From an uncultured Candidatus Peribacteria bacterium (GTDB lineage Bacteria > Patescibacteriota > Gracilibacteria > UBA4473): a stretch of 47,642 nt of DNA. A program made the translations under genes and the position numbers. The stretch spans positions 1 to 47,642 of the forward strand of contig CAYVJW010000001.1 of assembly GCA_964451885.1 (NCBI GenBank), read 5' to 3'. The notes beneath the pieces were generated by a model, which made no database searches, was not told the DNA's origin, and saw only the letters and a program-made list of their open reading frames with translations. Position 1 is the stretch's first letter, and every line of letters begins with the position of its first letter. Positions 27,440 to 35,225 of this stretch are shown here, in pieces.

Positions 27440-28963
27440 ATGAGCGAGAGCGTGCAAGACGGCTCTGGTTCCCAGCCGCAAAGCGGGGATCAAGGGGCTT
27501 CCCCCCCTGACGGGGGTGAAGCAATGGATCAACAGGACCAGGACAACAACGGAGGAGGTGAACCCATCGATGTGAAAGTAAACGAACAAGAGGACACCGA
27601 AGGGGATGCTTTCCCCGAGGAAACTGAGGTCGAACCGCAGATGTATGATGACCAACCGCAGATGAATGATCACCCCATTACAAAAGAGGATGCTATGGAC
27701 AACACCAAACCCAACAAACTGGATCAACTCAAACAGGAGGTAGTTGACGAGCAGCGCCTCCGCAGTGATCTTGCCGCCGAGGTGGCGAGTTCCAAACAGG
27801 CCGCTGAGTTGCTTAGTGCGGTGGCGAACAAGTTGAATACGCCGCCTCCGCATGCGCAGGTGGCTGGGGCCATCGACAACGCTGCTACTGCCTTTACCGG
27901 AGCGGCCACGGCCATACAGGAGGCGGCGGTCAAGGTTGCTGAGAGCAATCAGGCGGCCAATTCTGGTGACGGAAGTAACGGCCAGCAGCCGGAGGGTGAC
28001 GGGAAGATTCCTTTGAAGACCATCGTGATTTCGGTGCGGTTGGCCAAGGACACCAAGGGGCTCCACATCAGGTCGATCATTCCTGGCAAGGGGCTGCGTA
28101 GTGGTATCATCAAGAAGCGTAGCACTATGGCGGTGGATGTGAGTGGGAACATCAAGTTCATGACCAACGATGGGACAATTTATCAAGGGCGTATCCGCGA
28201 TGGTCAGGTAGTGACTGGACGGTTCTTGGAAGCCATGGTGACGGAAGTTGTCAATGGTGTTACCTTGACTACCGATCCCATCGAGCATCATGTGAACAAT
28301 CCCTGGGAGGAGGTTGTCACGGCGTTCCCGACTAACACCATCACTCCGGACGATCCGCATGAGGTGGACATCGAGGATGACACCGATGATGTTCCGGGTC
28401 AGGAAAAGACGCCATCTCGCGGTTTCTGGAATAAATCCAACAAATCGGATTCGACCGGCGCCTCTGCTCCGACATCATCGACTCAGGAGCCGAAATCCGG
28501 TGTCTCGCCGTTATGGATTGTGGTGGCTGTGATCGGGACTGCGCTGGCTGGAGGAGGCATGTATACGGCCAATCAACTCGGGATGTTTGGCGCCACAGTG
28601 GCGTCGCAGCAGGCGCAGATTGCCAATTTTAACGGGTTCCTGAGCGGCCAAAACCAATCGCTTCTTGGCCAGATTGGGGAGCTTGAGGCTCAGCTTGACG
28701 CGGCCCAGCACAAGGTGAATAACGCGGAAGCGCAGGTTCAGGTGTCCCGCAATCAGGTGACCCAGTTGAATAAGAAGTTGACCAAGACCAGCACGGCCAA
28801 TTTCGATCGCATAAACCGCAAGTTGCAGAACGCCCAGAAGCGCTATGCGGATGCGAGGGCGGCCGAAAAGCGGGCCATTGCGGACCTGACTGCTCTTGAG
28901 AAAACCCTGAAAGAGGCGGAGAAGCATGCGAGCAACGCCAAGGGTCGATTGGGAGTCATGTGA
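27440..28963 (+). CDS. Compositionally foreign (GC-rich) bitopic membrane protein: acidic disordered N-terminus, central beta-rich domain, one TM, C-terminal coiled coil
   Basis: 507 aa. A GGGGA ribosome-binding site lies 6 nt upstream. The TM segment is PLWIVVAVIGTALAGGGMY (about 28502-28565). The C-terminal heptad-rich region reads LGQIGELEAQLDAAQHKVNNAEAQVQVSRNQVTQLNKKL... Codon choice (GCC, GTG, CTG, CAG) is unlike neighbouring genes. I recognise no family. Confidence 0.7.
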   Translation: MSESVQDGSGSQPQSGDQGASPPDGGEAMDQQDQDNNGGGEPIDVKVNEQEDTEGDAFPEETEVEPQMYDDQPQMNDHPITKEDAMDNTKPNKLDQLKQEVVDEQRLRSDLAAEVASSKQAAELLSAVANKLNTPPPHAQVAGAIDNAATAFTGAATAIQEAAVKVAESNQAANSGDGSNGQQPEGDGKIPLKTIVISVRLAKDTKGLHIRSIIPGKGLRSGIIKKRSTMAVDVSGNIKFMTNDGTIYQGRIRDGQVVTGRFLEAMVTEVVNGVTLTTDPIEHHVNNPWEEVVTAFPTNTITPDDPHEVDIEDDTDDVPGQEKTPSRGFWNKSNKSDSTGASAPTSSTQEPKSGVSPLWIVVAVIGTALAGGGMYTANQLGMFGATVASQQAQIANFNGFLSGQNQSLLGQIGELEAQLDAAQHKVNNAEAQVQVSRNQVTQLNKKLTKTSTANFDRINRKLQNAQKRYADARAAEKRAIADLTALEKTLKEAEKHASNAKGRLGVM

Positions 28964-29166
28964 AGTGAATGATGTTCTCCTCAAACTTTCCGTCAAGGGA
29001 ATTCGTCCTTGACAATAAGTATGTGTTCCCCCGGCTTGCCGGGGGGGCGCATCCTGCCCCCTTAAATCCTTCCGGGTGAAAAAGGAGGAAGGGAAATGTT
29101 GATCATCATTGATCAGAAAACATCTTCCCTTTCTCTTCAACAAATAAAAATTCAACAAACAGAACT

Positions 29167-29226
29167 TAGTTTTTAGTTGTTAGTTTTTAGTAATTTTATT
29201 TTTCTAAAGACTAGTAACTAAAAACT
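29167..29226 (+). promoter_or_regulatory. Direct + inverted repeat cluster upstream of the 1192-aa gene (operator-like)
   Basis: ttagtttttagt occurs twice in tandem (29167-29178 and 29181-29192). An inverted partner ctagtaactaaaaact lies at 29211-29226, making an 11 bp + 3 bp stem with 29168-29183. The cluster ends about 33 nt upstream of ATG 29259. Confidence 0.4.
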
Positions 29227-29258
29227 TATTTTCTTCCAAGCTCTAACAACTACTCCCA

Positions 29259-32200
29259 ATGTCTCTTGAACAAACCACCTCTCCGACCTTAGACCAGGCT
29301 GTAACTTTACACGAAGTTGCGGCGGCTTTTGCGTATGGGGAAGGGGCGGAGGCGAGACAAGTACTCAATCCCTCACGGCCTGATGATTTGGTGTTGCTTA
29401 AGAGGCGGAGTGTGCAGAATCTATTGGAAAATGCTAAATTACCTGTTTCGGGGCTTTTATATGCAGAGGTAGATACCGCGCTTCCTCCTGACATTGAAAG
29501 ATCTCTTCGAAAACTGAAAAATGCGCCCAATGAGGCGGAACGAGTGGCGGTAAAAATGATAGAGGATATTCAGAAAAGCCTGGTGAATATTTCTTCAAAA
29601 TTAAAGGGACTTGAACGGGCTTCTTACGATACAAGACGTCGGGAATTTAGCAGGTTAAATAGTTTATTTTTGGATTATATCCCCAGAGCGTTTGTGCATT
29701 CTAAATTTCCTTTGGGGTACCTTCCTGCTCAAAGTCCGCGTAGATCAGAACTTAATAACTCTCTTCAAGATTTGGTGTCATTGGGACAGAATGTAGAAAG
29801 AACATATGGTTTAGTTGTCTCCTTCAATCAAGAGGCAACACTAGCCAATCTTCGTGGTAGTATTGAGCGAGTCAGTGCTGTAGTGTCGATAGATCCTCCA
29901 TCCTTATTAGACACTCCGGAAGTGGGTTGGCAGGAAAAAGGTTGGCAAATAGCTGATAGAATTATTCCGCAAAAGTTAATCCAATGGGGGAGGCAGTGGA
30001 CAAGTGGGAACGAAGAGGGCGGGGACAGAGAAAATGTTGATAGGATAGATTATGAAGCACTTGGGTTTGATTCCTCTCAGTACGAATATCTGAGAAGGCT
30101 GGAGAGATGGGAAGAAAAAACAGGCGCTTACTTGAAAAAAACAGAAGATTATTTATTGGCTCGTCATCCTTCCTGGCAAAAAGATTTTCCAGATATATGG
30201 GATGCGTTTAACCGGCTTTATACAGTTCAAAGGCAGATAGAAGTGGAAATCAGAACTTTGCGTCGTGCTTCTGAAAGCAATTCTTCCGGGGCGGTTTTGA
30301 AAGGCCTGGAAGAAAATTCAATTGCTCCATCATCCGATAAAGTAGAACAGGTTACTGATTATTTACTAAACCAGCTTCCTGCTTCTATTCGTTCAAAACC
30401 GGTTTGTTCAGCGGCTTTGGGTTTTTTAAATGAACATTTTGGAGTGGACGTCGGGTTTAGCATGAGGGCAACTTCCGCGTGGGCGCTTGCGGGGCATATG
30501 ACTAAGCTTCATTCTACCAATAGAGCTAAATTTAAAAAGGTTGATGAGGGGGAGTATCAGCTTTCTTCTGTGTCGTTGAGGAAGCAGGATGTCCGGCCGA
30601 TTTATATGGCATTGGGGGGAATAAATGAAGGGGATGAAAGAAATGGAGCGAAAAAATATATTACTTTTGTTTATGAGGCTTCTGAGTTTAAGGATAATGC
30701 GGCTCGGGCTTTTGCTAAGAGTCCGGATTCTGTCCGGCCAAATACGCATGTGATGGAGGTGTTTGGGCGGAAAAAGTTTTTGGTTCGTGTTGATTCGCCA
30801 GTAAGATTGAGAGATTTTTTGAAAAAACAGTTTGTTCCCCGAGATTACATAGGAGATACACGTAAACCTGCATCGCACGTGGATTCAGATGCTTTTTTAA
30901 TTGAACTTGTTAAGGTTCTTAATTTAAAAATAAATGGCATGTCTGTGTCTATGGATTTGAATAGGCAATTTGAGGGGGAAGTTGAGTGGGAAGATTTTAT
31001 GGGAATGGATTTTATTCATGTGAGAGATCCTTTGAATAAAAAGGCGGAAATTCCAAAAATAAGGTTATTGCCGCTTTCAACAATGCTCCTGGATAAGAGA
31101 TTCGTTCCCGTGGACGTATTGGAAACACAGTCAACGGCTATAGAAAGCATTCCAACCGATCAACTCATTCAAAAATTATCAGAAGCTCAGTGGGGATACT
31201 TAAGAGGAAGATCCGTCAAGGTTAGCTATCTGCAAGTGGCTTTGGAGAGGATTGGATTGTCGCCAGGTTCGTTTGACGGGTATTATGCTACGAATGGGGT
31301 ATTGAATAAACTAAATAAAACGAGAGGTGCGGAAAGAATCACGTATCTTGATAATCTTGGGATGGGAAAAGGAGGAGATACGGCCAGGGCCGTGATGGCT
31401 TACCAAAGGATTAGGGGGTTTTCGGAGGATGGACTGGCTGGGGAACATACGGTGGCGGGTGTAGTTGAAGATTTGAGAATAGGCAACAGAATTTCCATTC
31501 CTCGGAGAGTAGAACTGGCAGAGCCGCTATTGACCTATCAGGAAGAACCATTGAAGATAGTGGATTTTGCGCAGGAATTAAATAGAAAGCAAGCTTTGAG
31601 GTTTATAGAAAGAAAATTACATAAACTTGGTGTATCGAGGATAAGAAATGCGGCTCAAGTGGAAGGATTGAGAGATAATATATATGAAGCAGTAGAGGGA
31701 TCTGGTATAAAAATTACTCCGGGGAATATGTCTTATATTGTTTCCGTGCAATACCTGGAATCTTCTTTTGGTTTGGGACAGCGGTTTGGAGAAGGAATTT
31801 ATAATAATTTTATAAACGGTCTTTCCTGGTACGAGAAATATACCGTTGAATCGGCTTTGGATGTGGTAAAAGGAATAGAAATAGCCGGTTTTAGCGGTGA
31901 AGAGAGAGTTGATTCTTTTTTGGCCTGTAAGACAAAAAAAGATTTGTATCGGTGGGCACAGGATACAGTGAGTATGCTGCAAAATCCTGAACTGCAAAGC
32001 GAGATTGAGAATAAGTTTTTCTTTAATAGTGCCTTGAAGATAGTGTTGGATTTTTTTGAAATAGAATATGAAGGCGATGATTATTATGAAGCCGCGGTTG
32101 CAAGACTGGCAGAAGAACCTTCTTCCTTGGGAATTTTTCAGGTAAATGTGGATTCTTTTATAAGGATTTTGGAAAGTCGGAAGGAAGAATGGAAAAACGA

Positions 32201-32837
32201 TACTCGATGGAGAGCTCTTTTGCGGGGAGAAAGAATAGATAGGGATTTGCTTGCTAGGTCTTTATTGGAAGATTCGGATCGTTTAGATATTTTGTCAAAG
32301 GTGGATATAGAGGCGCTTGTCATTCGGTATTATTTGAAGCCTATAATGGAAAGATATGATTTTAATGGAGATGGATCCGTGGGATTGAACGAAGTTGGGC
32401 TTATTACTGCGGATTTTCATGCGGGCAGTTTTTCTCCCCGAAACGCAGCTGTGCAACAAGCTTTAAGTCGAGTGCTTGGAACAAGTCTGATTTTGGATGG
32501 AGATTTGTCTTTTTATGATAAAGAAGGAAACCCGGTTTTTTGGGAGGGGGCGGAAACGGTACAAAGTCTTATGAAATTTTCCGAAAGTTTGACATCAGAG
32601 CAAAGAAAAGGACTATCCTCTCGAGAATTTGTAGAAAGTTTTGTTGTTTTGTCTAATTCTCCCGATCTGGAGAGACACCAGCTTTATAGTGTTTTGATGC
32701 AGGCGGGGGAAGATCGATGGATCATTCCTGTGGGAGCCAGGATAAAAAGTGGGTTTGCAACAGTGAGTGGGATTGAATCTGTCAGTGCGAAGGCTTATGT
32801 CCAAAGAGCTCAGGAGGTGTATTTGGCAGGACATTGA
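29259..32837 (+). CDS. Large multidomain protein: shared novel N-terminal domain + peptidoglycan-binding (PG_binding_1-like) repeat + EF-hand Ca loop, no signal peptide
   Basis: 1192 aa. The N-terminal roughly 335 aa are paralogous to the N-terminus of 32862-34400. VSYLQVALERIGLSPGSFDG...GDTARAVMAYQRIRGFSEDGLAGEHTVAGV (about 31221-31475) fits the PG_binding_1 pattern with an insertion. DFNGDGSVGLNE (32358-32393) is a canonical EF-hand loop. EEPSSLGIFQVN is only weakly reminiscent of lytic-transglycosylase ES..GLMQ motifs. Confidence 0.75.
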   Translation: MSLEQTTSPTLDQAVTLHEVAAAFAYGEGAEARQVLNPSRPDDLVLLKRRSVQNLLENAKLPVSGLLYAEVDTALPPDIERSLRKLKNAPNEAERVAVKMIEDIQKSLVNISSKLKGLERASYDTRRREFSRLNSLFLDYIPRAFVHSKFPLGYLPAQSPRRSELNNSLQDLVSLGQNVERTYGLVVSFNQEATLANLRGSIERVSAVVSIDPPSLLDTPEVGWQEKGWQIADRIIPQKLIQWGRQWTSGNEEGGDRENVDRIDYEALGFDSSQYEYLRRLERWEEKTGAYLKKTEDYLLARHPSWQKDFPDIWDAFNRLYTVQRQIEVEIRTLRRASESNSSGAVLKGLEENSIAPSSDKVEQVTDYLLNQLPASIRSKPVCSAALGFLNEHFGVDVGFSMRATSAWALAGHMTKLHSTNRAKFKKVDEGEYQLSSVSLRKQDVRPIYMALGGINEGDERNGAKKYITFVYEASEFKDNAARAFAKSPDSVRPNTHVMEVFGRKKFLVRVDSPVRLRDFLKKQFVPRDYIGDTRKPASHVDSDAFLIELVKVLNLKINGMSVSMDLNRQFEGEVEWEDFMGMDFIHVRDPLNKKAEIPKIRLLPLSTMLLDKRFVPVDVLETQSTAIESIPTDQLIQKLSEAQWGYLRGRSVKVSYLQVALERIGLSPGSFDGYYATNGVLNKLNKTRGAERITYLDNLGMGKGGDTARAVMAYQRIRGFSEDGLAGEHTVAGVVEDLRIGNRISIPRRVELAEPLLTYQEEPLKIVDFAQELNRKQALRFIERKLHKLGVSRIRNAAQVEGLRDNIYEAVEGSGIKITPGNMSYIVSVQYLESSFGLGQRFGEGIYNNFINGLSWYEKYTVESALDVVKGIEIAGFSGEERVDSFLACKTKKDLYRWAQDTVSMLQNPELQSEIENKFFFNSALKIVLDFFEIEYEGDDYYEAAVARLAEEPSSLGIFQVNVDSFIRILESRKEEWKNDTRWRALLRGERIDRDLLARSLLEDSDRLDILSKVDIEALVIRYYLKPIMERYDFNGDGSVGLNEVGLITADFHAGSFSPRNAAVQQALSRVLGTSLILDGDLSFYDKEGNPVFWEGAETVQSLMKFSESLTSEQRKGLSSREFVESFVVLSNSPDLERHQLYSVLMQAGEDRWIIPVGARIKSGFATVSGIESVSAKAYVQRAQEVYLAGH

Positions 32838-32861
32838 ATTCAATTTTTAATTTCTAATTAA

Positions 32862-34400
32862 ATGACTATTGAGCAGAGTGGTGTGTCGACGTTAGATCAG
32901 GCTGTTACGATGCAGGAGGTAGCAGATGCTTTTGCTTATAGTGATAGAGTGGAAAAGAGGCAAGTGTTAGATCCTTCAAATCCTGATGATGTGGTGTTAC
33001 TGCAGAGATGGAATGTGAGTGAACTATTGGATTCATTTAGGATGCCTGTTTCAGGGTCCGTGTATGCTTCAGCACAAGGGGAGATGATGTCTGACGCAAA
33101 TGTTGCACTTTTCTCAAATATGGAAAGGGATATTCAAAAACTGAAAAGATTGATATTTCGTCAAGCGAAAGAAAAATCTGAAAAAGCGATTGAGGACATT
33201 CGCGAGAGTATTAATAATATCACTTCAAAACTGAGAGAATTCGAGAGTCGGCCTCATGAAGAAAGAATTCAGGAGTTGGAAAGGCTTCATAGTTTGATGC
33301 GAGAATATATTCCCAGAGCGGAAATGCATTTGGAGGCTTTTTTTGAGGATTTGTCTCCAAAAAGTGATTCCAGAATTATTCTTTCCAAATCGATTCGTGA
33401 ATTAAAAGAACTTGAGCAAAAATTAGGAAAGCATCTTGAATTAGCGCTTCAATTTGATCCAGCCATCACGCTTAGAGATATTCAGAAGAGCATTGATAAG
33501 TCAAAAGACGAACTGACTTTGCGTTCAGGAGAATCCATCGATTATTTGCGTCGAATAAAAGCCTGGGTAGAAAAAGCCAAGGCTTATGAGAAAAAAGCAA
33601 AACTTTATTTAAGAGCTCGTGCTCCCAATTGGAGAAAAGATTTTCCGGAAATTAAAAAAGCGCTTAGGGCGCTTTTTGCGTTTCGTAGAGGGATAGAACG
33701 TAAAATTTCTCGTCCTGGTATTGAATCTGTTCTTTTAAATGGAAGTGTAATTCCGGGAAAATATTTAAGCTCAGCCAGAAAGACAGAACGATCAATTGAC
33801 GGGGAGGAGGGGCATCGCCTCGAAAAAATTTTTCAGCCGGAGTTGGATTTTTTGGCTGGCAAGATGGGGAAGGGGGATTATGTTTTGTTGGCAGATGTTT
33901 CTCAAAAAGAGCAACTGGACGGAGGGCCTTTTCAGCAGCTTTATTGGGTGCGACGGACGGCGGACGGTTTTATTTTTGAAAAGCGGTTTATCATGTCAGG
34001 GAGTAAGGTAGAACCCGGAAAAAATGTAACAAGTTCATTTAGTACTCCTTATGGACTTCATAAAATTGCTTCTATAGTAAAAGGTGATTTTGCTTCCGTT
34101 ATTAAGGGAAGAAGAGTCCAAAGAAGGAAGGTAGAAAATATTTCAACCGGAGATGCGAGAATTTTAACTACGGCAGCTCTGTATTTGAAAGGCCTGGAAA
34201 GGGGGATAAATGATTTGTCTAACCCTCGGGGGATTGCTATCCATGGAACTCCTTTTGAAAGGAGATTAGGGAGGCCGGCTTCTCACGGTTGTATTTGGCT
34301 TTCGAATGCGGATATTTTAAATCTTTTGGAGATGATAAATCGGAATCCAGAAAAGGGGTGGGCGTATATAACAGATCAGAAGAATCATCGCAATTTGTAA
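32862..34400 (+). CDS. Shared novel N-terminal domain fused to a YkuD-type L,D-transpeptidase catalytic domain, no signal peptide
   Basis: 512 aa. The N-terminus MTIEQSGVSTLDQAVTMQEVADAFAY...YLRRIKAWVEKAKAYEKKAKLYLRARAPNWRKDFPEI parallels the 1192-aa protein. The C-terminus carries TPYGLHKI...GIAIHGTPFERRLGRPASHGCIWLSNADILNL, the YkuD H-G/SHGC motif. The catalytic Cys codon is at 34290-34292. Confidence 0.8.
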   Translation: MTIEQSGVSTLDQAVTMQEVADAFAYSDRVEKRQVLDPSNPDDVVLLQRWNVSELLDSFRMPVSGSVYASAQGEMMSDANVALFSNMERDIQKLKRLIFRQAKEKSEKAIEDIRESINNITSKLREFESRPHEERIQELERLHSLMREYIPRAEMHLEAFFEDLSPKSDSRIILSKSIRELKELEQKLGKHLELALQFDPAITLRDIQKSIDKSKDELTLRSGESIDYLRRIKAWVEKAKAYEKKAKLYLRARAPNWRKDFPEIKKALRALFAFRRGIERKISRPGIESVLLNGSVIPGKYLSSARKTERSIDGEEGHRLEKIFQPELDFLAGKMGKGDYVLLADVSQKEQLDGGPFQQLYWVRRTADGFIFEKRFIMSGSKVEPGKNVTSSFSTPYGLHKIASIVKGDFASVIKGRRVQRRKVENISTGDARILTTAALYLKGLERGINDLSNPRGIAIHGTPFERRLGRPASHGCIWLSNADILNLLEMINRNPEKGWAYITDQKNHRNL

Positions 34401-34627
34401 ACAATAACCGACAATGTTTTTATTGGTGAGAATGAAATATGCTTGACTTTCCATAGAGACAGTGCTACAAAGTAATTAGTTTTTTTCTTCTCAATAAAAC
34501 TCGGCTAAAAATTCGAAGTTTTTTGAGAAAAAAATCATTATTTGCTCTTTTTCATATCGATAATTTACCATCATTTTTTTCGTATTATCATTGGTCTAAG
34601 AGGCCAGAACTCAAGAGGAGGATAGGT

Positions 34628-35131
34628 ATGCTCAAAAAACCGTGGTTTTGGATAATCATCCTTTCGTTGATGCTAGGGGCGGAAGCTTTCTGGATCTTCA
34701 ATGGAAGGGGAGAAGCGGCGGCTGGTCATGGATCTGACCCGCCTTTTGTTAACCAACAGGTTGACGCGGACTGGTTAGATGACCTTGATAAATTTCGGCA
34801 GTCAGTTGCTGATGAGGCATTGGCGCGGCGCGACGGGGATAAAAATCTTAGTCGCCAAGTCAAGAAGCTTCGCACTCAGATGGAGGTTGTTGCTCGGAAA
34901 CATGAATCGTTGACTCGCCGGGTCGATGAGAGTGATCGGAATTGGGCTCGTCTGGCAGAAGGGCGTCATGAAGCCGAAACAATGGCAAAACAGTATTGGG
35001 AACATGATGCAAACAATTCTCTTTGCGGCTCTTTCTACTCCATGGGCCATTGTCCGGAAGTTCTTCCATGGAAGGAGTACCTCGAAAGGGCGCTTCGGGA
35101 AGCAGGTGTATTCTTCTTTCCCGAGAGATGA
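34628..35131 (+). CDS. Hypothetical N-terminally anchored membrane protein, elevated GC
   Basis: The start moves to ATG 34628, preceded by a strong AGGAGG ribosome-binding site (gaggaggataggtATG). The TM segment is WFWIIILSLMLGAEAFWIF. The remainder is charged and helical (LRTQMEVVARKHESLTRRVDESDRNWARLAEGRHEAE). The track ORF begins at 34523. Confidence 0.6.
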   Translation: MLKKPWFWIIILSLMLGAEAFWIFNGRGEAAAGHGSDPPFVNQQVDADWLDDLDKFRQSVADEALARRDGDKNLSRQVKKLRTQMEVVARKHESLTRRVDESDRNWARLAEGRHEAETMAKQYWEHDANNSLCGSFYSMGHCPEVLPWKEYLERALREAGVFFFPER

Positions 35132-35225
35132 TGTGGTGGGATCGGTATAGAGAGAGCTGGGGGGTGGCATAGATGTCGCCCTCCTCTTTTTTGCTTTTTT
35201 TCTTGTAAGATGGTAGAATATAAAG

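Noticed and set aside
27347-29158. Long minus-strand ORFs (27347-28360, 337 aa; 28511-29158, 215 aa) opposite the GC-rich gene
   Set aside because: They are shadow ORFs expected in GC-rich DNA, where stop codons are rare. Their translations are Arg/Leu/Gly/His-rich with no coherent domains. The plus-strand frame has a ribosome-binding site, a clean TM helix and heptad periodicity.
27300-29160. The GC-rich segment as a simple assembly chimera or contaminant
   Set aside because: This is not fully excluded. However, the segment is short and flanked on both sides by native-looking AT-rich sequence on one contig. The gene also has its own ribosome-binding site and hairpin-bounded junctions. I kept it as a finding, with read-level validation requested.
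29161-29170. A fourth, degenerate copy of the intergenic hairpin repeat (shares agaacttag)
   Set aside because: Similarity does not extend beyond the 9-mer, and the local hairpin uses different arms (agtttttagtt...). It is treated as a separate operator-like element.
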